A stretch of 44,109 nt of DNA, from positions 13,649,361 through 13,693,469 of the forward strand of contig NC_068982.1 of assembly GCF_001194135.2 (NCBI RefSeq). Reading direction: 5' to 3'. The translations under genes and the position numbers were made by a program. The notes under the pieces were generated by a model. It was not told the DNA's origin, searched no databases, and saw only the letters and a list, made by a program, of their open reading frames with translations. Shown here piece after piece: positions 11,107 through 22,519 of the stretch (position 1 is the first letter of the stretch; the number at the start of each line of letters is the position of its first letter). Origin of the DNA: Octopus bimaculoides (Eukaryota).

Positions 11107-11269
11107 ATGACATGTTACTATCTTTTGAATAAGGAAATGCTTGATACACTTTGTCTGAAAATAATACAGGATGCTCAAGGTAGAAATGTCTTTCACATTA
11201 GGTATGTTTGATCAGAGTTGACCTGGGTGTAAACAACTTAAGTATGTCTTCCCAGGTGTATGGAATATT

Positions 11270-11700
11270 GTCGATGTCTTGCAAACAACTCGCACATGCA
11301 AGTGCTACCAGTTGAGAACTCCGCATACCGAAAGCCAGCAAGTGTATGGGGTCATCAGGAGAGAATGCGCGCCGTTTTGGGGCCTACCTCACGACGGCAT
11401 CAATGCGCACTGGTCCCCCTCACTGATATGAGGCCCTGGCTGCTAGATCAACTGGTTATTAAAAACAAAGCTCAGTATTTCTCTAGCCATCGCTCTTTGT
11501 CTCTTTCTAACCAAATCCAGTGGCTAGCCTTTTCCATTGTGGTTTGGATATCATTCATGGTGGTATTTACCTTACGATGAGTTAGGCCTAACGATAACAA
11601 CAATCATCTCACACTGTGTCCAACAAACCCTCTACATCCGACTTCGATTAGAACAATAGATCTTCCTGTGGATTGCACCTAGCTGTTTACTAAACCTGGC
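11270..11700 (-). mobile_element. 3' fragment of a Hero-like RLE non-LTR retrotransposon
   Basis: Minus-strand 11652-11472 translates LIEVGCRGFVGHSVR*LLLSLGLTHRKVNTTMNDIQTTMEKASHWIWLERDKERWLEKY*. (P)IEVGCRGF...EKAS.W.W is the C-terminus of the restriction-like endonuclease as I recall it in Hero elements. A GC-rich 3' UTR follows. Confidence 0.8.
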
Positions 11701-11886
11701 TGGGAGCAGCAACAAAAACTACAACAAAAAACTAGTGATAGAATAAATGGTGTTGTTGATACAAAATGATAAGACAAATCAGAAAAATTAGGAATAAACA
11801 GTTATAGTGATGGTGGTTTCTTTCATTAATACAAGTCAATGTTTATTGAAATGAAGGATAATAATTGAAAGGTTACCCAAGTATAT

Positions 11887-12317
11887 AAGACAGCCAGCTG
11901 GCAGTATTGTTAGCCTTCCAGACAAACTGCTTTGCAGCTTTCCATCCATCTTTACATTCTGAGTTCAAATCCTGCAAAGGTCGGCTTAACTTTAATATTT
12001 TAAGGGTCGATAAAATAAGTAGCAGTGAAGTACTTGGATCAATGTGATAGATTTCTCCCTCCCCTCAAAATCTGCTGGCGCGGTACCAAAACTTGAAATT
12101 TAAAGCAGAGAGCTGATGGAAACATTATCATGCTGGACAAAATGGTCAGCAACATTCTGTCTGGCTTTACATTCTGAGTTCAAATGCCACCAAGGTCAAC
12201 TTTGCCTTTCATCCTTTTGGGATCGATAAAAGAAGTACCGGTGAAATACTGGGGTCAATATAATCAACTAACTCCTCTCCCAAAATTTCAGGCCTTATTT
12301 CTATAGTAGAAAGGATA
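11887..12317 (+). mobile_element. Head-to-tail dimer of two family B SINE monomers within one TSD
   Basis: Perfect 14-bp direct repeat ttacccaagtatat at 11873-11886 and 12318-12331. Monomers at about 11887-12100 and 12101-12317 each contain ttacattctgagttcaaat. Confidence 0.8.
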
Positions 12318-12867
12318 TTACCCAAGTATATTGTAGGTACTTATTTCATTGATGGAAAGTTATGTTTGTCATGAAAAGAAAAGAAATGTAAAAAATATCG
12401 ATCGAAGACAGGTAAAAAACAAATAGATAAAATCTATAACCACTTAACTGAATAGAATACAAAAGAATTAAAAATGAAGGTAAGAACATCGAAATTTGGA
12501 AATAAAAAGATGAAGGTAATGAAACAGAAAGAGAAAAAGAAATGGAAGAAACAGAAGAAGCAGGAATTGAGAGAATAAAAGAAGAACAAGCAGGGAAGAA
12601 GTGAATCTAAGAAGAAAGAAAATAAAACAGCTGATGTGAAGAAAGTAAAAAGAGCTGAATTCAAGTAAAAAATATTCGTTGGAAAGATGGGAAAAAAATT
12701 GCAGAAATGGGATACAATGTTTATTCAGATTAAGACTGCTTTGATATTGGAAGCAATAAAGTGGGTTAAAAGGAGTCATTGTATAAGTGCTTCTGTGATA
12801 TCACAAACTCATAGGAAAACGTTATCAACAAACTTGTAAAACACACATCAAATATGGAGTGATTTTT

Positions 12868-13082
12868 GATGAGTTGACAGAATTGTTAATATGCCGGACA
12901 AAATGCTTAGTGGAGCTTTCTTCCGGCTTTATGTTCTGAGTTCCAATACCAACAAGGTCAGCTTTGCCTTTCATCCTTTCTAGGTCGATAAAATAAATAC
13001 AGTTTGAACACTGGAGTTGGTATAATCACGTTCCACGTTCTGCTAAAATTGCTGGCCCTGTACCAGAATTAGAAATAATTAT
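12868..13082 (+). mobile_element. SINE family B monomer
   Basis: gagttgacagaattgttaat...ttatgttctgagttcc...ctttgcctttcatcc...gctggccctgtaccagaattagaaat. Confidence 0.8.
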
Positions 13083-13153
13083 ATAGTGGCTTCTTACAGA
13101 GGTGAGCTATATCTCTTTATCTATATCTAAGGTATCTATTTAAGGGTTGATAA

Positions 13154-13242
13154 CAGTGGTTCTCAACCAGATTCCATATGGCCTCTGGGGATCCATATAA
13201 GAGTTTGTTGTTCAAATTTATCTACAAAACACAAAAGATTTT
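13154..13242 (+). mobile_element. Left end of a hAT-type MITE running into the gap
   Basis: cagtggttctcaacc is a Charlie/MER5-like hAT terminus. The other end is hidden by the 994-nt gap. Confidence 0.4.
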
Positions 13243-14236
13243 NNNNNNNNNNNNNNNNNNNNNNNNNNNNNNNNNNNNNNNNNNNNNNNNNNNNNNNNNN
13301 NNNNNNNNNNNNNNNNNNNNNNNNNNNNNNNNNNNNNNNNNNNNNNNNNNNNNNNNNNNNNNNNNNNNNNNNNNNNNNNNNNNNNNNNNNNNNNNNNNNN
13401 NNNNNNNNNNNNNNNNNNNNNNNNNNNNNNNNNNNNNNNNNNNNNNNNNNNNNNNNNNNNNNNNNNNNNNNNNNNNNNNNNNNNNNNNNNNNNNNNNNNN
13501 NNNNNNNNNNNNNNNNNNNNNNNNNNNNNNNNNNNNNNNNNNNNNNNNNNNNNNNNNNNNNNNNNNNNNNNNNNNNNNNNNNNNNNNNNNNNNNNNNNNN
13601 NNNNNNNNNNNNNNNNNNNNNNNNNNNNNNNNNNNNNNNNNNNNNNNNNNNNNNNNNNNNNNNNNNNNNNNNNNNNNNNNNNNNNNNNNNNNNNNNNNNN
13701 NNNNNNNNNNNNNNNNNNNNNNNNNNNNNNNNNNNNNNNNNNNNNNNNNNNNNNNNNNNNNNNNNNNNNNNNNNNNNNNNNNNNNNNNNNNNNNNNNNNN
13801 NNNNNNNNNNNNNNNNNNNNNNNNNNNNNNNNNNNNNNNNNNNNNNNNNNNNNNNNNNNNNNNNNNNNNNNNNNNNNNNNNNNNNNNNNNNNNNNNNNNN
13901 NNNNNNNNNNNNNNNNNNNNNNNNNNNNNNNNNNNNNNNNNNNNNNNNNNNNNNNNNNNNNNNNNNNNNNNNNNNNNNNNNNNNNNNNNNNNNNNNNNNN
14001 NNNNNNNNNNNNNNNNNNNNNNNNNNNNNNNNNNNNNNNNNNNNNNNNNNNNNNNNNNNNNNNNNNNNNNNNNNNNNNNNNNNNNNNNNNNNNNNNNNNN
14101 NNNNNNNNNNNNNNNNNNNNNNNNNNNNNNNNNNNNNNNNNNNNNNNNNNNNNNNNNNNNNNNNNNNNNNNNNNNNNNNNNNNNNNNNNNNNNNNNNNNN
14201 NNNNNNNNNNNNNNNNNNNNNNNNNNNNNNNNNNNN
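13243..14236. other. Largest assembly gap (994 N). Other gaps: 1231-1485, 5249-5274, 17987-18134, 22115-22323, 24629-24773, 25521-25752, 32861-33245, 39124-39133, 41851-41950, 42370-42379
   Basis: N-runs in the sequence. Confidence 0.98.
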
Positions 14237-14310
14237 TATGTATGTTAGTTAAAATGAGACAACAAGCCAAGGCTGTGTGGAATTTATAGGACATTTATAA
14301 AGAGAAAGTT

Positions 14311-14360
14311 AGTCTTACAGCTGTTTCTGGGATATTAGGGATATCCCTTCATCAGAGACA
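14311..14360 (-). ncRNA. Minimal type I hammerhead ribozyme motif with intact catalytic core
   Basis: RNA UGUCU-CUGAUGA-A-GGGAUAU-cccua-AUAUCCC-A-GAAA-CAGCUG-UA/AGACU. Stem I GUCU/AGAC, 7-bp stem II, palindromic stem III ACAGCUGU, GUA cleavage triplet. Confidence 0.75.
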
Positions 14361-14424
14361 ATGTGAGATGGTTAAATAGAGGGAAATAGTAGAGTTCAAT
14401 ATGAAGAGTTAGTCAATTTAAGGG

Positions 14425-14582
14425 GACTAGTCAATTCACTGGTACTTCATTTATCGACACCAATAGAATGAAAGACGAAGTCAACCTTGGCGAAATTAGA
14501 ACTAAGAACATAGCGGCCAACGAAATACCGTTAAGCATTTCGCCCAGCGTGCTAACGATTCTGCCAGCTCACTGCCTTAACG
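14425..14582 (-). mobile_element. SINE family B, 3'-truncated
   Basis: ggtacttcatttatcgac...gaagtcaaccttggcgaaattagaactaagaac...gctaacgattctgccagctcactgcc. Confidence 0.8.
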
Positions 14583-15018
14583 AAGGTAAATATAATGTCA
14601 ATAAGAAACACTACAGATAATATGGAGTCTCTGCTGATAGGTGGTGTATAGTAATGGCAAACCACTGTAACAGGATTTTGTGATTTGCAATGGTTTATTT
14701 CAATGAAAAATTAGATATTAAATATTTACACTTGTTTTGTTTATAGATAAATCAGTGTACAGAAAGGGAAACGTAGAAGATATAATCGCTTTCCCCTTCT
14801 TTCTCACTTTCTTCATTCACTTTGTTATTTATTTATTTATTTAACTTGTTATATATCTGTTTATTTATTTATTCCTTTATTTATTCATTCTGTTCTGTTC
14901 TTATGTTTATTATTTGGTACAAAGTTTATAGCATCTTTACACTTGCTAAACTATATGTTTCAACCTTATGCATGCATAGGCACGAAATATATGTTAGCAA
15001 CATTTAGGAATAAATAAA

Positions 15019-15019
15019 A

Positions 15020-15059
<40 letters not shown>

Positions 15060-15131
15060 TTTAAATATTTCTCTCTCTTACTCTCTCTCTCTCTATCTAT
15101 CTATCTATCTGTCTATCTATCTATCTGTCTG

Positions 15132-15166
<35 letters not shown>

Positions 15167-15455
15167 CACTATCTATCCGTCTGTCTGTTTGTCTATGCAT
15201 GTATGCATATATCTATCTTCCTACCTACCTATCTATCTACCGATCCCTATTGATCGCTATTTTTCTCTTTCCTCAATCCCTTTTGATCGAACTGCCCCCC
15301 TTTTTCCCTTCCTACGATCCCTTTTCATCGACACACCCCTACTTTTTTTAATTTTTTATTTCCTTCCCCCTCCCAAAACGAAAAGCTCTACATTGTATTT
15401 GTCCCATCTTTGTTGAGCCCTATGTGGCTAATAAAAGAAATGTATCTATCTATCA

Positions 15456-15487
<32 letters not shown>

Positions 15488-15500
15488 ATCTTTCTTTCTT
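15019..15500. repeat. (AT)n, (TC)n and (TCTA/TCTG)n microsatellite cluster; a further (GATA)n/(GT)n block lies at 15721-15832
   Basis: Direct inspection. Confidence 0.9.
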
Positions 15501-15959
15501 TCTCTTTCTCTCCAGTTACTGTTACAATTTAGTATTTCTGTAATGTTGCTTTCCTTTCTACTCTTGTTTTTGAATTTCACTTTTTCTGATTCTAATTCAT
15601 TTCAGAATAAATTTTTACATCCTCTTTTTCCATTGCACTCATTCACCAAATTCCTCTCCTTCAATTCTTTCCAGACTTTTAACTCCCTCTCTCCCCTTCT
15701 TTCTCTGTAAATCTCTATGTTTATAGATAGATAGATAGAGATAGACTGATAGATAGATAGAGAGATAGACAGATAGATAGACTGATAGATATAGATATAG
15801 ATATGTCTATGTGTGTGTGTGTGTGTGTGTGTATTTTATATATTCTTTTATTATTTTATTTGTTGTAGTCGTCTCCAGCTCACTGAAAGTTTGGTTACCA
15901 AAACAGCAACTATGTCGGTGTGATTCCTAATCGAACTTTGCTCTCCAGCATCAAAAAAG

Positions 15960-16065
15960 TCACTGTGATTTATAGTCGGGTCAACAATAAAATTCCCGAT
16001 TTGAACCATGTAAATCGGGGGTGCGTCTTATAGGCGAGGGCATTTTATAGTCGAGGGTATATGGT
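15960..16065. mobile_element. Terminal fragment of a pogo/Tigger-like DNA transposon
   Basis: ttatagtcgagggtatatggt is the reverse complement of a tacc(g/a)tata..ctcga.tataa-type TIR. Repeated ttatag(t/g)cg motifs. Confidence 0.4.
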
Positions 16066-16069
16066 TCAT

Positions 16070-16400
16070 CATACCCAGTGCTCAACCAGTACTTATGTTA
16101 CTGACCCCAGGAGGATGAAAGGAAAATTTGATCTCAGTGGAATTTGAACTCAGAATGTAAAAATTGACAAAATGCCATTAAGCATTTTTCCCAGTGTGCT
16201 TTGCTGTTCTGCTATCTCCCCACCACACATACACTTACATATATGAGTGGCTGTGATTCAACTTCACACTACTGGTGTCACTTGCAAGGCATGAGCAACC
16301 CAGAGCTTTCATAGAAGACACTTGCTCAAGGTGTCATGCCACGGGGTTGAACCCAAAACACTGTGACTGAAAAACAGAGTTCTTAACCACAAAGCTATGC
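16070..16400 (-). mobile_element. Adjacent diverged fragments of SINE B (about 16070-16215) and SINE C head (about 16300-16400)
   Basis: aggatgaaaggaaaatttgatctcagtggaatttgaactcagaatgtaa and gaagacacttgctcaaggtgtcatgccacggggttgaaccc. Confidence 0.7.
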
Positions 16401-16806
16401 CTTTACTTTTGAAAAAGAACAAGGCAATGGATATATGCAATAAGACTTTTCTTAAATTTGTTTATTGTTTGCCCCTGACATAAAAAATTAATGTTCTTGT
16501 ATAAATCTCAATAATTGTTAGACATGTTGGAAAAACTGATTACAAAACTAATTAATTTCAAGTAATTATGTAATTTAGAAGTGTATTTTGAAAGAATAAG
16601 CATGTTTCCTGAGAAAACAAGAAACTTAAGTGTAAAATCTTGCACATACATGTCTTATAATATTTCCTAAAACGAAAATGTTTAACATATTAATAAACAT
16701 AACAAACATGTGATAAACCAGGTATTGTTGCTAGTGTGTGTGTGTGTATGTGTGTGTGTGTCCAACCCATGCTAGCATGGAAAGCGGACGTTAAACGATA
16801 TATACA

Positions 16807-16807
<1 letters not shown>

Positions 16808-16895
<88 letters not shown>

Positions 16896-17074
16896 GTATA
16901 TATATATATGTATATATATATATGTATATATATATACATGTGTATATATAGATACGTATACATTTTTATATATATGTATATATATCTATACACATGCACA
17001 TGTGCATACGCACACATGTATTTAGAGAGAAGGAAAGGGAGACAGATAGACAGATAGACAGACAGATAGATAGT

Positions 17075-17108
<34 letters not shown>

Positions 17109-17110
17109 GG

Positions 17111-17165
<55 letters not shown>

Positions 17166-17319
17166 GTAGATTGATAAGTAGACAGATAGCTAGACAGACA
17201 GACAGAAAAATAAATAGATAGATTGATTGATTGATTGAAAAATAGATAGATAAATAGATAGACAGGTAGACAGACAGACAGACAGATAGATAGATATATA
17301 GATAGACAGCCAGATTGAT

Positions 17320-17357
<38 letters not shown>

Positions 17358-18134
17358 GGATAGATAGATAGATGGACAGACAGCTAGAGAAACACAGACA
17401 GACAAACAGACAGACGGACAGACAGACAGACAGAGATGGATTGATGCATACATACGTGTTCAACCTTATGTATACACTCACATGCACCCACATATACAAA
17501 CAAGCATGCCTGAGTGTTTATGCAGCTGTATACAGATAAAAGAATATTCGTACACACTCAAAGTATCACATTCATGTACACATGTGGGTATGTATACTTC
17601 TATTTACAGAACACTGCTGGAATATTAAAACTGCACCAAACCATACACACGGACACAGCTCAATTTCCATCTACGATTACAGATATATCTCTGGAGGAAA
17701 TCTCTGCAACACGTTGACTATACTGATTGTAAAATATCTCCATGCAAATCTTTACTCTACTTCCATTTTGCAATATTTAATGTTCTTTTTTCACTACATT
17801 CTAATTTCCTCTTTGCTTTTTCCTTGCACAAATTTCTATATTTTATTATTTTGTTTCAATTCTTTCTTTGCCTGATTATGAAATGTGATGTTTCTATGCG
17901 TGTGTGTGTGTGTGTATGTGTGTATAAATGTTTATGTATATATATATATATGTCTGCATGTCTATGTATATATATATATATATATANNNNNNNNNNNNNN
18001 NNNNNNNNNNNNNNNNNNNNNNNNNNNNNNNNNNNNNNNNNNNNNNNNNNNNNNNNNNNNNNNNNNNNNNNNNNNNNNNNNNNNNNNNNNNNNNNNNNNN
18101 NNNNNNNNNNNNNNNNNNNNNNNNNNNNNNNNNN

Positions 18135-18184
<50 letters not shown>

Positions 18185-18795
18185 TATATATATACTTGTA
18201 GGTATGTATATGCATATTTGTATGTTTATATTTATGTGTATCTGAGTGTGTGTGTGTATGTAAATGCTTATGTATATATAATACATGTGTGCATGTATAT
18301 GTAAATATATATATGTGTGTGTGTGTATATATGTATATAGTCATATACTTGTAGTTATGTATATTCATATATGTATGTTTATATTTGAGTGTGTGTGTGT
18401 GTGTGTATGTCTATATATGTATATATATGTATGTATATATATATGTATATATATAGTTGTATATTTGTAGTTATGTATATTCATATATGTATGTTTATAT
18501 CTCTGTGTATCTGAGTGTGTGTGTGTATAAATGTTTATATATATATAATACATGTGTGTATGTATATATATGTGTGTGTATATATCTGTGTATATATAGT
18601 AATATATTTGTAGTTATATATATATATGCATATATGTATGTTTATATGTGTGTGTGTGTGTGCACGTGTATGTGTATTAATCTACCTATCTAGCTATCTA
18701 TCTCCCCCTCTCACTCACATACACACACTCTCTCCTCTCTCTATCTCCCTCTCTTTCTCTCTCTCTCTTTATATACACACACACACACACACATA
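16808..18795. repeat. About 2-kb microsatellite-dominated zone: (AT)n, (GATA/GACA)n, (GT/AT)n, with a unique island at about 17500-17890
   Basis: Direct inspection. It explains the many YI/VC/LS-repeat ORFs. Confidence 0.9.
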
Positions 18796-19006
18796 TACTC
18801 TTTTACTCTTTTACTTGCTTTAGTCATTTGACTGTGGCCATGCTAGAGCACTGCCTATAATCAAGCAAATCGACTCCGGGACTTATTCTCTGAAAGCCTA
18901 GTACTTATCCTATCGGTCTCTTTTGCCGAACCGCTAGGTGACGGGCACATAAACACACCAGCATCGGTTGTCAAGCAATGCTAGGGGGACAAACACAGAC
19001 ACACAA

Positions 19007-19073
<67 letters not shown>

Positions 19074-19233
19074 CGACAGGCTTCTTTCAGTTTCCGTCTA
19101 CCAAATCCACTCACATGGCTTTGGTCGGCCCGAGGCTATAGTAGAAGACACTTGCCCAAGATGCCATGCAGTGGGACTGAACCCGGAACCATGTGGTTGG
19201 TAAACAAGCTACTTACCCCACAGCCACTCCTGC
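18796..19233 (-). mobile_element. SINE family C, full length, ungapped
   Basis: tcttttacttgctttagtcatttgactgtggcc...(AC)n(AT)n...cacagccactcctgc. Confidence 0.9.
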
Positions 19234-19498
19234 ACCTATATGTATACATAAAATTAATATAAACAGCAGTTTGCAATGTTTTACCAGAAAGCAGAATTAT
19301 TATTGTCACTAAATGTAACTAGGGTATTATGTATTACTTACATTGCTAGAAATAAGAGCTAAACCACTAAACCATTAATGGAAATGAAGGAAAGGATATA
19401 TACTAACAGGGACCATAATTGTCCAAAATGTGCCGATTGATAATACTTAATACTGACATCCATTTCAGCAATTTTAAATATTTTTAAATTTAAAGAAA

Positions 19499-19499
<1 letters not shown>

Positions 19500-19538
<39 letters not shown>

Positions 19539-19765
19539 TAGGTCACTACCTTGAATCAAACTCGGAATCTTGGGGTTAGTAGACCGTGCTCTTAACCACT
19601 ACGCAATATGCCCAGGTTCGAAATTTCCCCAAGACACCTAATGAAAGCTGGAGGGTATATCAGCCGAAATGTTGTGCTAACAACAAACAAGATGAGGGAA
19701 AATATCTGTCAAATGTAAATAAAGTAAATAATGTACATAATTCCTCATCTCTTAAATATAGAAGT
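19500..19765. mobile_element. Second chimeric retroposon copy: inverted tRNA-like head plus (AAT)n on the minus strand joined to a plus-strand hammerhead-like tail
   Basis: Minus 19613-19540 reads gggcatattgcgtagtggttaagagcacggtctactaaccccaagattccgagtttgattcaaggtagtgacct, then (aat)n. Plus 19611-19763 matches 7698-7808. The junction has ccc microhomology at 19611-19613. Confidence 0.8.
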
Positions 19766-20465
19766 GTACCTTCTGAGGATGCTTCAGCCTAAAGCTGAAA
19801 CCATACAGCAAAGGAATATCACAGTCACTAATTTCTGGCCATCTCTGATCACTGCCAGCATGTATGTACACAATTATATGAGCGTTGACAGCAGCAATAA
19901 AGCCTTTCAGCTCTTATTTCTAGGTATGAAGGTGTTCTAACACCCTTAGTTATATTTAATGTAATTTATTGTTTTCCTTTTTGTTGAAATTCTGCTAACT
20001 AGCTGCCTCATTAAATTATGTATACATGTGTGTGTGTATCACACTTCGAAACCACATTTTTTTATACCATGAACCAGGACTAAACTCAGGTTACCTACAT
20101 AAAAGAGATTTAATTCCATGCATGCAAGACACTAACAGTTTTGTTCTTTTGTTCAAACGATTACTGCCTTGAAGTGAAATTCTTCATTTTTCTCAAAAGC
20201 AAAGGTTATACTGCATCCTTGACTTGAAGCTTCAATTCCATTATGATTGTGCCTTATCTACAACTGAACAGGTAATTTTGAATTCTGAAGGAGTTGTCTC
20301 ATGCAAGCACGGTATAAATTTTCACTAAGCTATAGTTCATTTTTATCAGGATTGTCAAATGAGTGTTTGTGTTTATAAAATCGATTTATGAATGACAACT
20401 CAGTTGCTCCAATATAAATTTTACATTCATCTGTGTTGTTTATTTCTTATTTAGCACTATATGTA

Positions 20466-20706
20466 GAGTAATCCCTCGCTATATCGTGGTTCACCTATCA
20501 CAATTCACCTATCACAGTTTATTATTTAAGCTTACCTCAATTCCACCGTGGTGTTGTTTTGTATTTATAATGAAATGAAAAATATACAAATTATAAAAAT
20601 AATAAAGTACACAGCACAGTACTGTTTCTACTTTGCAGATTTTCACCTATCGTAGAGTGGGGGTAGGGGCTGGAAAGTAATACCTGCAATAGTCAAGGAA
20701 TTACTG
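20466..20706. mobile_element. TA-flanked Tigger/pogo-type MITE
   Basis: ta|gagtaatccctcgctatatcg...gcaatagtcaaggaattactg|ta. Imperfect TIRs, with TA at 20464-65 and 20707-08. Confidence 0.7.
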
Positions 20707-20791
20707 TAATCAATTTTGCCAAATGGGTACAAATTACCTAGAGGGCAATTCTCATAGACTCCGATGTTACATAACTTCCTATATATATATG

Positions 20792-20824
<33 letters not shown>

Positions 20825-20959
20825 CATTTAAATGATGTTCAACAAAAATGAGGTTTGATCATCCAATTGCTTATATGCATCTCATACCATAACTCCATCT
20901 CTTTCATGGTTAACTATTGCTTACAAATCCTCTAAATCCCTTGTTTCAGCTTTGTTGTC

Positions 20960-21330
20960 CTACACATATAATAGCCAAGAAATGGAAAATTGCCAAAGTT
21001 TACTTTTGTTTGGCCATTATTATTGACAACCGAAACACATCTCCCTTGTTGCAGAAATCTTTAGCCCAGCTAACATATCTGATCTTATTAACTTCTTGGC
21101 TTTTTATTTATAACTCTTCATTCTTATCCAAGGTCTTTCAGTGCTGTTCTGACACAACATGGTGACATATCCATAGAATCTGCAACCTTTCAAACATTTG
21201 CAAGTTGATGTTGTATAATTTCTCTCTCAGCTGCCTTCTTTGTTCTCTCAAAAACTATTTGTCACTTCTTAGACATCTTCTGCTCTCAACAACAACTGTT
21301 TTCAGTCCTCCTCTTAGCTATGTTATTTAT
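20960..21330 (-). pseudogene. Decayed Tc1-like transposase fragment
   Basis: Minus-strand frames give VRTALKDLG*E*RVINKKPRS and then NKIRYVSWAKDF. This resembles the Tc1 TVRR.L...G...R..RKKP....K..RL.WAK segment. Many stops. Confidence 0.5.
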
Positions 21331-22051
21331 TGTTTAACCAACAAATTAAAGAAATGATCAATCAGTTAGTTGGTTAGAAATTTAGCTGATTGACTAACAA
21401 TAAAAAAGTGATATTGAACCAGTGCATGTGTTTATTATTACTGGTGTAATGATCTTCCCAAGACGCAACAAGATTTTATTTCAACACACGGATTCATATC
21501 AAGAATCTTACAAATCAAATAACATGATATATATTATTCCTTGTTTGGTTATTAGTAGTGAAAAAGTATTAATCATCAAATTATTCAATTCGATTTTCCA
21601 CATTCATATAATATGACTTTGCTCAAGAGTACATTCAACAATACACTTTTTCCCATTAGTTCCATCGACATGTTTATTAAATCAAAGTTACAATTAATCC
21701 AAAATGACAATTAAATTCATATATATATATATCTGCAATGGAGAAAAATATATTAGAAAAATATTGAAAAGGCAACAGGCTAATAAAATTTTTGCATCAA
21801 CCACATCTATATCTATATAAATGCATACATACATATAAACACACACACACACACATATATGCACACACACATATATGCACACACACATTTTTCCCATATA
21901 TCATGATGCAGTACTTCCTTTATTCCTACTTTATTAATTCTTAACTCACCAAAATCAGTGATCACATATATGAGCACGTATATATGTTTGTGTGTGTGTG
22001 TTTATGTATATACATATATGTTTATGTATATCTGTCTATCTATTCTATCAG

Positions 22052-22105
<54 letters not shown>

Positions 22106-22323
22106 CATCTGTCTNNNNNNNNNNNNNNNNNNNNNNNNNNNNNNNNNNNNNNNNNNNNNNNNNNNNNNNNNNNNNNNNNNNNNNNNNNNNNNNNNNNNNN
22201 NNNNNNNNNNNNNNNNNNNNNNNNNNNNNNNNNNNNNNNNNNNNNNNNNNNNNNNNNNNNNNNNNNNNNNNNNNNNNNNNNNNNNNNNNNNNNNNNNNNN
22301 NNNNNNNNNNNNNNNNNNNNNNN

Positions 22324-22498
22324 AATACAACTTGGCACCTGTGACGTCACAACTCATTTCTACAGCTGAGTGAACTGGAGCAACGTGAAATAAAGTGTTT
22401 TGCTCAAGAACACAACATGCAGCCCAGTCCGGGATTCGAACTCACAACCTCGCGATTGTAAGCTCAACAGTCTAACCACTGAGGCATGTGCGGAGCCA
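22324..22498 (-). mobile_element. tRNA-headed SINE, 5' part
   Basis: Minus-strand gcctcagtggttagactgttgagcttacaatcgcgaggttgtgagttcgaatcccgg followed by ttgtgttcttgagcaaaacactttatttcacgttgctccag. The 3' part is lost in the gap. Confidence 0.85.
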
Positions 22499-22519
22499 TG
22501 TGTGTAGGAGTGGCGTGGG

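Noticed and set aside
11345-11395. CUGAUGA plus CCAAAAC in the Hero-like 3' UTR (minus strand) as a possible hammerhead
   Set aside because: The GAAA box is absent and stem II cannot form (cccc opposite ggcccc).
11260-11580. 106-aa plus-strand ORF
   Set aside because: Antisense to the Hero-like retrotransposon fragment.
13178-14294. The two longest ORFs (356 and 358 aa)
   Set aside because: Almost entirely X from the 994-N gap.
20160-20272. Apparent peptide similarity (LKLQ...FAFEKNE) to 40790-40860 (LKLQ...LAFERNE), and exon-like reads on both strands
   Set aside because: It needs a frameshift, the nucleotide match is short, and LKLQ comes from the palindrome ttgaagcttcaa. Not distinguishable from chance.
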